From: the human T2T-CHM13v2.0 reference genome, Homo sapiens
Direction: 5' to 3' (one strand)
NCBI RefSeq assembly: GCF_009914755.1
Contig: NC_060928.1
Length of the DNA stretch: 64,000 nt
Shown here one piece after another: positions 14,301-25,900 of the stretch (position 1 is the stretch's first letter; the number at the start of each line of letters is the position of its first letter). Position numbers and translations under genes: made by a program. The notes under the pieces are model-generated. The model searched no databases and was not told where the DNA came from. It was given only the letters and a program-made list of their open reading frames with translations.

Positions 14301-15584
14301 AATTCAGATTATAAAACATTTATTTCTTTTAGAATCCCAAGCATGTACATTTCATAGTCCTGTTTCTGATTTTTAAAGAATTTTTGTCTTCTGTCAATTT
14401 ATCTTTCAATTATTATCATTATTGACTGTCTTTCTTAGCATGTATTTTCCTGATTTTTTAAAATTTATTTTCATTTATTTACTAATTCTGATGAGGAAAC
14501 TTTCTTTCTTTCTCTCTTCTATCTCTATTTCTTCTGTCCTTCTCCTTCCCCATCTCCCCCATCTTTCATTCTTGTATTCTCTATAGATTCAGTCCTGTCT
14601 GTCAGCTCTGTAGTTACCTCCACTTCCACCTTTAAGGATTTTCTGTCAAGAATCAGTTTTTATATTTCTATTCAGAGATGGTTATCAGAGAATGCAGCCA
14701 CCTAGTAAAAGAATTAGCTCAATTCTTCTCTCAAGTTTATTGTTTCTGTCTTCCTGTCTCCCTCTACGTGCAGCTTCAATGAACCTGAAACCCCAGGCGG
14801 CTGTTGGAAGATGGTTTTCTCTTTTTTACTTCCATAATCCTTTTATAAATGGAAGACCCTCACTCAGATCCTGGGTTCAAGCATGAAGCCTTGCTTTGAT
14901 GATCCTATGGAGCATGGGGCACTTTTATTCCCTTTATCTCGACATGAACCAAAACCCAGTCAGCCCACAGCTTCAGGCTTGCTCCATATTCGGCATTTGT
15001 TTGGGAACATGAAAATATTCCTCTTCTTTTTGAGTTCAGTTATATCTTTATACATTTCTATTTTTATAGTTTACCTATCAATGCTTTCCAGTTTATATGT
15101 CATAAATACATACTTGTTTCAATATACATACAAAATACATACAATATACATACAATGTTTTAGTGACTCTTAATAGGCCCTCATATGGATGCACTATCAC
15201 ATATTTAAATAACTCATTATAGATCAATATTTATTTCCACATTTTTGTTACCATAAAAACACTACAATGAAGATATTCCAAAACGTATCTTTCACACACT
15301 TGTTCAATTATTGTCTTATGGTAAATTCCTAGAGGTAGAATTAGTGGGTTAAAGATGTATATCTTTGAGATTAGAAAATAAAATTTAGAAAACCTTTTTA
15401 GAAAAATAATTTATTTTTCAACTAATTTTATCTGAAAAATAAAATTTATAAAAACTAATTTTTATATAATGGAACTACTATTTGGAATTAAATCACAGAG
15501 AAGATTAAACTGATGATGTAACAATAAATTAATCAATAGGTAATAAGTGTTTATTCAGCACTGCATCACACATTATACATAAGA

Positions 15585-16590
15585 CAATTGTTTTGAAACT
15601 TTTTATTGTCCTACAAGTTCTTTGTATATTTAAGAATTATTGAGGACACCAAAGTGCTGTTTTTTGTGTGGATTATACTTGTTAAAATTTACCATATTAG
15701 ACATGAAAGCTAAGAAGCTTTAAATTATTTATACATTATTTCATTTAAATATAACATTAATAATTTTATAGTATAATAAATAATTTTTAAAAAATAAAAT
15801 CTTCTTTTCCAAAACAAAAAAACAATTAAGAGTGGCATTACTTTACCATTATCCAAACCTCTTTAAAGTCTAACTTAATGGAGGATGTCTGGATTCTCAT
15901 AACTGCTTCTGCATTCAATTTGTTGTGAAATGTTTTGTTTTTTGCTTGAAGCATGTAAAGAAATCAAATCTCTCATATGTATGTACTTGAAAAGGAAAAT
16001 ATGTGTATAGATGTTTCATATTACTTGAAGGTAGTCTTCTTTAATACCATACCAAACTCAACACAGGGTAGTTTCTTCAATCTAAGTTACAATGTAATAT
16101 CTGCAACCATATGAAAGAAATAATTTGTCATATTTTGTTTTGTAAAATCCATTGGTTTATCTTCACTTTGAACATATTTGGAATATCATGTATTGGTCAT
16201 TTAGAAGATTACTTCTCGGGGTTATGCAAATCTGTCTAATATTTGGGTAGTATTCCATTATGTGATAACAACAGTATTAACAATAACAAATCATATTTGT
16301 TAGTACCACACCAAAGCTGTCAAATTCATGCGGGCTGATACAATTGTTCCAAAATTATAATTTTTACTCAAAATTTCAAAGTTTATCATTGGCAAAAAGT
16401 ACTTACTATTGTTTGTTTTCCTTAACGTGACAGACTTACTTTCAAGAATATTTCTGTCAGATATCCAAATCTGAATAGCCATAGTTTATCAGTTATTTCC
16501 AACAAAAATGGTATTCCATGAAAGGGTGGCCAGTTTAGTTTGCAACATACACAATTGCACAGTTGCTTTTCCTTGAGACAAGATAGTATT
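15585..16590 (-). mobile_element. Charlie1-type hAT DNA transposon fragment
   Basis: AGAATTATTGAGGACACCAAAG...AGAGTGGCATT...GGATTCTCATAACTGCTTCTGCATTCAAT...TCAAATTCATGCGGGCTGATACAA...GCTTTTCCTTGAGACAA resembles the Charlie1 consensus as recalled. Confidence 0.75.
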
Positions 16591-16599
16591 CTATGGGCT

Positions 16600-17318
16600 G
16601 AGATATGGAGAGAGTTTTGAAGGGCAGGAAAAGTTTTCTTCTTGGGGAGATCAGTTGGAAAGCTGTTGCTATGACTTACACAGGAAACGATGATAGCCTA
16701 GAGTGGGATAGGACAACAACTTTGAGAGATATTTAGGAGTTGAATTTGTCAGGACCTAGGTGATTGAATGCAGGAATGAGGAAGACAGCATGTCAAAGAT
16801 GTTTCTCTCCTTTTTGGCTTTGACTTTTTGGCTGCAGTGTTTGAAATCAGAAGCACTGGAGCTGGAGCAGATTTGCGGGGGGTGGAGGCAGAGGAGAGGG
16901 CATAGGTTTATTTTTTGTAAGGTGAATTTGGTTTGCTTGTAAGAGATCTTGGGGAAATATGGTGTAAACTTGTATAAAGCACACAGAGAAGAGGTCAGAT
17001 CTTTATCTGCAGATCTGTGAAATGCAAATCCCTAGAGTGAATGAGATCAACAGAGTAATGGTGTGGAGTAGGAAGAGAAGAGGGACTAGGAGAAAAAGTA
17101 AGGAACATGGGATTTAAACATAGGAGAAAAGCCTGTGGAGACTGTGAAAGAGGGGTCACAGAGTGATGGAAAGGACCCCACTGGAATGGTCAGTGTTGTC
17201 CAGTTTCCCTGCAGTCAGATAAGGACTGGACAGTGAACACTTGCTTTATCATCAGGGAAAACAAAAGTAACCCTGGCCAGAATAGATTCCAGTGGAATTC
17301 TGGGTAGAAGCCAGATGA
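16600..17318 (-). mobile_element. L2 fragment abutting the TLN2 retrocopy
   Basis: Purine-rich antisense L2 pattern: GGAAAGCTGTTGC...GAGAGATATTTAGGAG...GAGTGAATGAGATCA...GGTAGAAGCCAGAT. Confidence 0.7.
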
Positions 17319-17361
17319 GGAATAAGAAATTCTTAGTGAGAGCCTTCAAATCACCTAGAAA

Positions 17362-18182
17362 ATGGTGGGCCTGTCCTTGAAGGTTTGCATCTGCCACTGC
17401 AACATGGTGAAAACCACGCAGTGTGAGCCAAATCAGTCTATGTAATGCATGTCAAGTCACTCAGGAGTGAGTCCCTAAGGCACACGCTGGCCAGGTTTCT
17501 CACTATGGGTTGTTTCTTTCTGAGGAAGACTCACTGGCATTTCTCAATGCCAGTGAGGAAAGGCATTTCACTGGAAGCTGGCAGAATATTAAATTACTAT
17601 ATGTTGCAAAATGGGGATGTTTTCATTTACATAAAGAGACAGAAACCTCAGAAAATCCTAATGCTGAACAGATCCATGAAAATAGTGACGGTAGACAACT
17701 CTAAGACCATTAGGGAACTCGTGTTTACCATTTGCAGCAGAATAGAAATAATAAACTGTAAAGATTACTCTTAATCCTATTACCTATTGAAGAAAAGAAA
17801 GAGGAAGGGTAAATACACCCAAAACAAAAACAAAAACCAAATAAACAGGACACTGTTATGATATGAGAAGGAAATGGAGAAGCTGAAGGCCAAACTTCAC
17901 ATAGAGGATGACCAAAATTAGCTGGATTACAGCTATACACTCAGAAAACAAGTGGTCGATGAAAATGAAACATTGCAGCTTAGATGGAAACTTCCTTACT
18001 CTGATCACTTTGTAGATTCCAGGGACCTTGTGCAGCTGCATTTGCTGTATGTTCAGGCTCAGGGAGGACATCTGAATGGCTCCCACCCTTTAGCCTTTGA
18101 GAAAATTTGTGAGTTTGGTGGATTTCAAGCCCAGCTGTAACTTGGACCTCATTGGACATAAAAACAAACCTGGATTCTTAGA
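17362..18182 (+). pseudogene. Processed (intronless) pseudogene of talin-2, N-terminal head only (about aa 1-263: F0, F1, start of F2)
   Basis: Translation across frameshifts: MVGLSLKVCICHCNMVKTTQCEP...VPKAHAGQVSHYGLFLSEED...RKGISLEAGRILNYYMLQNGD...KPQKILMLNRSMKIVTVDNSKTIRELVFTICSRI...EEKKEEG...MEKLKAKLH...VDENETLQLRWKLPYSDHFVDSRDLVQLHLLYVQA...LNGSHPLAFEKICEFGGFQAQ...KPGFL. This follows TLN2 (MVALSLKICVRHCNVVKTMQFEP...FEKACEFGGFQAQ...KPGFLD) better than TLN1. No introns, several stops and frameshifts. Confidence 0.93.
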
Positions 18183-20379
18183 GTAAATGATCTTTTATTT
18201 TTCTTTCTCTTCCCCTCTCTTCTCCTCCCTTCTCTTATCCTTTCTTTTCTTTTTTCACCTGTTTATATTTGATCTAGTCATGCAAAATACGTATGCTAGC
18301 TTCAATCAGTTCTGAGAATCTTAGCTTTTATTCAGTTGACTATGTGACCAAATTTGTGGACCTGGGGGAAAGCAAGTTGCTAAGAAATTCAATGCAGGAA
18401 TGACTGTAGTTTATTCATTCCAAGTTCAGGCAGTGTGTTATTTCCTTTATGCCAGGGAGCCTGTAGCACCCCTCCAAAATATGATCTAGCCTGTCCTAGA
18501 ATACTTCTGGAGTTGAGAACCTCACTTTCTTCAACCTCTGAAAACCAATGCCCATGAGAACATTCCTTCCTTATACCGAACCATATTTTGACTTCTTTAA
18601 TTTCTTTTTATGACCCCTGTATAAGAACGAGTATAAATGAGAGAACTTCACATCCTTTATTAAAATCTTATAACTTTTTTACTGCATTAAAAGTGTGATG
18701 TATACGCTAAACACTTGGTTCCCTCAAAAAAAAGGACAGTACTCAAGATTGTAGATTTAATATAATTAGTAATTTAATAAACTTAATACTTTTTACTATT
18801 TTAACAACCTTAAGTGAAAGTGGAATTCTTTTCCCCATGAGTGCATGTCAGTAGAAAATACAATGGTTTAAACTAACATAGTTCAGTGCCATTCCCTTGA
18901 TTCAAGCTAAGGAACCACCAGTTCTATCCTCTATTGCTTTTTGTCATTAGTGCAAATATCATCATGATGAAAAAGTCACACAACATCTTAGCACTATTAT
19001 GAGAACAGCTTTGACCTTGCAAACACTTGAACATGTCTCAGAAATCCTCAAGAATCTGTGAACCACCCTTGGAGAATGATACCTATCGGAAAAGGGTATA
19101 TGAAATAAACAGGGAAAATAACCACAGCTATTACATGGACATCCCCAAAGCAACTTGTTCCATCCCACCTTTTCTTAAAGATTAATCTACACTATCTTCT
19201 TAATTTACCTACCTCCTCTAGGTAAATATTTTTCTTGCACACTGAAATGATTTTATAATTTCTCAGAAATGGTCGTTTGATATTCAATATCAAATCTCTG
19301 ATAAATACCTGTAATTTTTTATACAACTTCATATTTAGTTCACCCATATGTGTGCACACTCCTTTGTCTACTTTGACTGAAGATGCAGCTTTTGTGTTTG
19401 GCATAAGAACAGTCTGTACCTTCACTAAGAGGAAACCTAACTCTATCTTGATGTATGACAACTTAGTAATTTGTTTTTTGAAAGTTGCACTCAGCCAACA
19501 CTTCATATATGGCACCAATTATTTAAGATGTGTTGAGTCAGATTTACTCAGTGTTTGTATAATAATTAAGCAGCTTCTGAAAATGGTGCTTATATTTTGA
19601 GTTACAATTTTAATATAACTTCCAAAGATAACTAATTTAGGGTTGACTACTGGGAGAATCTGACTCCATTTATTACTTAATTGGTGAAAGGCGGTTATGA
19701 GAAACACAATGGTGTGAGAATGAAGCAGTGGTGTCATAAGGAAACAATAAAAACTGTAATAGACAGGTAATTTACCTATGTTGGAATGAAATGACCAGTG
19801 AAAATTAGATCCGTGAGATTCCTTACTACCCCCAAAGGTCTGTGCATGGTAGAAAATCTCCAGAGAGTTCACAAACCCCATTTTTCCATATTATTTTCTT
19901 CCCTGTTTTGCTGTCATTTCTACGAAGCTTAAGCAAATCTTCTATTTCAGCAATTGTGACAGGCCACTCTGGCGGCAAACGCCAGAATTTTTTCCTATTT
20001 TATTTGATGTTAAAAAATAATTTATTGGAAACGTGTTTGCTAATATAGTAAAAGGTAAATCTGTTATGATACTTATAAGATGCATATTCTTTTGTCAGAA
20101 TTCAATTGATTTAAAATTATATTTCTAATATATAACACAAGTTTAGAAACAATTTTATAAATAATCATCTGATCTGCATCTATTATTGAAACCTATTTTT
20201 GTATCATTCTACACTGTTATTTTTTTCAACAATAATTGCTAGAACACACATTTTTAAAAACGACTGACAAAACAAATAAGCTCTTGATGGAACAAGTTGT
20301 CATTTCAACTATTGACAGTATTTCATGATTCTGGCATTTTGAAGCATCCCACGATGATTAAGCTAGTCATTATCTTCAT

Positions 20380-21250
20380 ACTATAAATAAAGAAACAGAA
20401 TGCAGTTTAATAGGCATTAATTGACTATTTTCCTTGCCAAAGATACAGTACCAAGAACCGAGAGAATATAACGTCTGGAACAAAAGAGCTCTGAATTCTG
20501 TTAGGGAGAGAATTGTATAAAGTGAATTTTAATGCCAGATAGTCCATGATAAATACTATAATATAGATTTAAGGATGTTTAATAGGAGGTCAGATGAATT
20601 ATCTTTGACTGGAAAGAGCAGCTGACATCTTCATGTAAATGCTGCACCTTAAATAAAGATTGCATTTTGAACAAATTGATAATGGTGAGGTAAACATTCC
20701 AAGCAGAAGACAAATTCACATAGTCGCCGAAACCTGGTCAAAAGGGTCGTATTCTGAAAAGACACAGTAGTCTGGGATAGCAAGGCATGTGGTACAAAAA
20801 AGCATTGAAGAATGTTGGAAGAAAGGATTCAGAATAGTTATGAAGGCGGGGCATATTGAAGTGAATTCTGGAAATTGTCTCTGTTCCTCTGTGACTTTAT
20901 GCTGGATTTTCAATTGCAGTTAAGTTATGCTCTCCCTATATATCCAAAAAAGATTCTGGAGGAAGGCTTAATTGGTCCATGTATATAATTTTTTTTTCCA
21001 TTGGAAAAGAGTGGAGTAGCTAAAAGTGAGAATATGGCTGAGTATTTTTTGTTTGTTCAACAAATATTGATTATTTAATGTGAGCCAGACTCTGAGCTGA
21101 GTGCTAAGGATGCAATGGTGAAGAAACTAGAAATGATTCCTGTCCATGTGGAGCATGTATTTCATTTGGGGAAATAAACATTAAATAACCATGGAAATAT
21201 TTAATTATAAATTGTGATAAATAATCTGAAGGAAAAAATAAGAATACGAG
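20380..21250 (-). mobile_element. L2 fragments
   Basis: TTCAACAAATATTGATT...GTGAGCCAGACTCTGAGCTGAGTGCTAAGGATGCAATGGTGAAGAA and ACATTCCAAGCAGAAGA motifs. Boundaries approximate. Confidence 0.55.
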
Positions 21251-21389
21251 TTAAGGTGATTTCAGGTATTCCTGATTTATATTCTTACTATTTATGTTTA
21301 TATTCAGGTTAGTATTTGCATTTCTCAATGGTGGGTATGAAAGTCTGGATTAAATTGTAATTTGTATATACAGTTTATCTCTCCTAATT

Positions 21390-21600
21390 GCAATGTGCTG
21401 TTCAGAAAAGATGATCAACTTTGAGGTATGTATTTTAGTTTAAATTCTAGCTCAGCTAATTATTATCTAAGTGCTTTTACCTGATCCTGTTTTTCTGTAG
21501 AGACAATAATTTCCACCTTCTAAGATTGTTGTAAGAATTAGAATGAGTATATGTAAAGGTCCACAGATGGAATCTCTCATATTAATTAATAATAAACACC
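21390..21600 (+). mobile_element. MIR
   Basis: AATTCTAGCTCAGCT...TAAGATTGTTGTAAGAATTAGAATGAG. Confidence 0.55.
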
Positions 21601-22874
21601 ATCACCACCATTATAGGCTTTCAGTGGACTTTCAAGATAATACAGGTTATCATGAGAAAAATATATACCTTAGATGGTGTCAGCTAAAATATTTACCAGC
21701 TAATAACAGATTGTTGACCACATTAGGGATTAAGGTGACACTTAATCAAACACCCTCTCTCCTACCACATCGCCACACCCTGCAGTTAAGAAGTGATAGA
21801 TAAGTGAACAAAAGAGTGAGGTAAATGGAAAACTAAATATTAGCTGCATTTCTGTAAGTACTAGACTGGAGAACATGATTAGAATCTGTAGTCAAATTGG
21901 CTCCCAACTATTACCTCCTTCCCACTCCCTTCTTTCAGCCCTTGGGATGATTCTTCTGGGGGTATTTTGGGTCTACAAAGCATGCAATCACTACCCAGCT
22001 AGCAGTAAGGGTAATTATTCTACCTTATCTTTGAAGGTTGATAGGGGTCTAGTAAAAAATGTCTCCAAACGTGGGTCTTAGAAGTTAGCCTGGTCCGACA
22101 CAGGTGTGCTCTTCCTGTATTCAGCAGGCAAACAGCAGAAGACACCCACCTGTCTAGGGGGAGTGCTTCTCTTAAAGGGAGACAGAATGTGGCAGAGACA
22201 TTCATGTTCAGTTTCCTCTTCCAAGTCAGATTTGTTGCTATACCATGCATCTCCCCAGAAAATGAGCTTAGATGAATAGAGTTGTCCCAAAGATCCATCA
22301 AGTACAATATAAATAAAAGCAATCTAAAGCAGGGATAAACGGGATTACCTGGGCTGAAAAGTACACTGAAAGGTGAGTAAGAAGGAAGATACCAAGGACA
22401 GATTTTACCAACTTTATATTTCTGCCTAACACCACCCTTCACTGTGTTATTCTAAAATCAGTTTGCTTACCAGCTTTGGCATATGGCTTGTTTAGCTCCG
22501 ATCTATACCAAAGGCTTTCTTCTCCTTATTAAGTGTATTCACACCACTTTCCACTCTACTTGTAAGGTTGGACTATTTGTAAAATCATCCCTAGTACTGC
22601 AAGAGATTTATTCCACTAATTTGAATAATTGTGAAAATAGCTTTCTTAGTACAAAAATTTCAGAAATAAATAAAACATAATTATGACAATTCTAGTCTTT
22701 GGTTTGTATTTTGATCTTTTGACATTCAAGCCTGGGAAAATAGCCCTTAATGAGGACAGAAGCTTTGTTTCTATTTTATTTGAATATTCACATATTCTAA
22801 TTAATGAATATATTAGCCCTTATTTAGTTGGAGAAGGACAGGATGGGGCAAATTGAGAAGGGAGAGAGAGAAAG

Positions 22875-22906
22875 TGTGTATCTGTGTGTGTGTGTGTGTA
22901 TGTGTG
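22875..22906. repeat. Imperfect (TG)n microsatellite
   Basis: Directly visible. A similar short tract lies at 24315-24340. Confidence 0.85.
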
Positions 22907-25900
22907 AAAAGAAGACTGATATTGAATAGATACCTTAGTTGTGGGAAACAAAATAAAATTATTGAATGATAAGTATTAGAAAAAAATCACCTTCAACTTT
23001 TTTGTTTTTTAAGATGAGGGATCTGTGACTCAGAACAAACAGTAGCACTGGATCCCAGACAACTTTGACCCCAACCTGGACTTCATCTACGTGATCACAC
23101 AAATTTTGATCTGTCTGCCCCCAGCCTTGCCTAGTGTCCTGCCACAGTGCTGAGATTACCTCCCTTAGATGTCTCTCTTTAAATTAGGTCAATGAAATAC
23201 CTTGTTGAAATCCAAGTGCTGAAATGCAAATAATGCTTCAGAATGATTTTTATCAAATTATGTATCTGTCATCTCTGAAGAATAAAGTTGGGAGAGAATA
23301 GGCGACAAGTATATTTCAATGGTGAGAGAGCAATGGAATGACTCAGGCAAGGGGTACTCTGGTTTTGTTCATAAATGGAAAGTATAAGAACCACTGAGCC
23401 ATGAATGGTTATAAAGAACATGTTAAAACATTGAATACATAATTTTATACCTAATTTTATTACAAAAGCAGGTCTACTCAGACTTAGTTGTAGCATTTCA
23501 TCTTTAGATACCAAACCATAATATCTCGATCCTATCATTTGCCATGTAAATCTTGCCTTTCCAACTAGTTTAGCAAGTGCATCTGGAGTAGAAACTGGTT
23601 TTCTACACCTGTAGCTGATATATATGTCAGATCACCAACTTGGGAGTACAATAATTATTTATACCTTTATTCCTTAAATCAGAGTTAAATTTGAATCCTA
23701 TGATCTTGCCAAATTATAGAAATTTTAATTTTTTTGATTATTTTCTTATTTTATGCTCACACCAAATTCAGGAGTCCACTGGTCTAGGAAATAGATGAAA
23801 GGGTCTCAAGATGTGGTCCTTTATAGGTACTTAAGTCTCTTCAAAGATTGTAAAACTTAAGGAAGAAAGGAAAGACCTATTGCCTTTAGTATCTCCTGAG
23901 TTCCATTTTATAATATAATCTCTGTGTTAAGGAAGTACCTACTTGAGCTATGAAGAAAACGTGTGGAGATCACATTCAAAGTCTTCACCTGTGTCATACA
24001 CACTCCAAATCCTGCCTTTCTGTTACTTCTAACTTTAAAGGTTGCTTTGATGTTTTATTTAAACTTTACTTTATAAATATGATGGTGGTAAAAAATAACA
24101 CAATACAACTTGCACTGTGGCATTCTAGAGTACAAAGCATGATGTAGCCGTTTGTTAAATGTATTTTAGATTTCTCAGTTCATAAAGAAGCTTGCCTGCA
24201 CTTCTGACTAGGGCCCTTTTGCAATATCCAGGGAATTTTATCTAGCATCCTTGTAATTGAACTAACTTTTACCACATTACTGACAGTTTTAAACTCCTTT
24301 TCTACAAGATAGTAGTGTGTGTGTATGTGTGTGTGTGTGTTCATTCTACCTACAGTGTTTTTGACATATCAAGCAATAAAACAACACAATCCTTCACTGT
24401 GAACCTCTGGCCATTTTATATCAATGGCTAACTTTTGCTATACAGACATCAATTTCCTTCAAACCTCCCATCTCCCAAGAAACTAGCTGATTTAATTATG
24501 TTCTTCTGGTCTGTCCAGCCTTGGTGATCCCAACAACCAGTAACAGGAACTAAACATTAATAGGGTGAGTAGGATATAATCTGTAATAGGGTCTCTTTTC
24601 ATTACCGAACATCTCTTATTCAACATTTATATTAATGCATAATTAAATAGCTGTCTCTTTAAAGCTTTTACTTATATCACAGCTGTATCTCCAGAATACC
24701 TCATTTTCCCTATGTGTGTATGAGAGAGTCCCTACAGTATTCACTTTTAATGTAACTATTAAAAATGCAACACAGGAATTGAAAATGTGCCTAAATCGTT
24801 TGGTAACCTCTTTTGACATTTTCATTACATTTCCTCTTACTAGAATCAAAATGGGAACATGATTATTTCAGAAATGTAAGCCCTCCATGGCAGACTGTGC
24901 ATTGTGACATGCAGTGTAGAATTTCATATTGTCAAATGTATAGTGTTACAAATAAAATATGGGCAACTTTGCGTTGTTCTTCCCTGTGGACCTTTCCTGA
25001 ATGTATTTGGGAACAGGCCTCTCACAAGTGGCTGTGGGAGCTGAATACACTTTGTGGAGAATATTATAGAGAGGATTCAAATATGAAATGGGAGGCTATA
25101 TTGATTATCATTAAGTTCCTTTTAAATTCAAATTCTATGATTTACCCATAGTAACAAAGGTAGGAGGTAGCATTTCAGAAGGATTTTTCCTCTTTGACCT
25201 GTCCTTCTAAAGTAGCTGCATAACTTACAGAATGAATGTGAAGGAGGGAGCTTCCAAAATGCTCTGGCTTTCCTATGAGGAATCAAACAATATTTTTCTC
25301 TCGGACAATTGTACTGGCCCAGAGTTCTAACATCAGTGGGCCAACAGCCAAATAGCGACTGTTTACAGAACTCTTATTTTAGGCCAGACACAGTGCTTTG
25401 TGTTTTATTTGCATTGTCTAATTGAAACCCCACAATAACCCTATGATTTTAATACTATTAGTAACTCTTTTGACAAAAGCAAAAGTCTTACTTAGCTCAT
25501 TGTCTTGCTAATGCCAGGAGATAGTGTGGAAATAGTTGGGGGTGTGGGGAGAGTACAGTGCAAGCCAAAGAGCTTAGTTTTTGCTACAGCATCAATTTAG
25601 AGAAGAAGCAGCCTACACCCCTTTGCCTTGTGGGTAAGAACATGGGGCAGTTGGTTTGTATTCAGCCCATAAGGCAGTCATACTTCTCACGTATTAATTT
25701 ATTTACTGATACTTATTCATGCCTTCTGAGTGCCAGACATTGTGCTGGTTGGTAGAGATATAATAACAAAAAGAATAAAACAAACATGGATTGTGCCAAA
25801 TGAAGCATAAAAAGTAAAGGAAACACAAATCTATTCTAGATTAATGATGGTAGTTAGGTGCTAGGTGGGGGTAGTAGCTTTGGATAGCCTAGTCAGGGAC

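Noticed and set aside
15360-15470. Repeated AGAAAA/AATTTT words
   Set aside because: Low-complexity AT-rich sequence without a consistent period.
17445-18140. ORFs 17445-17774 and 17952-18140 as a functional talin gene
   Set aside because: They are fragments between frameshifts and in-frame stops of a processed pseudogene.
19968-19993. Hairpin followed by a T run, resembling a rho-independent terminator
   Set aside because: The DNA is primate nuclear sequence, so a bacterial terminator is not meaningful. Kept only as a possible factor-binding site.
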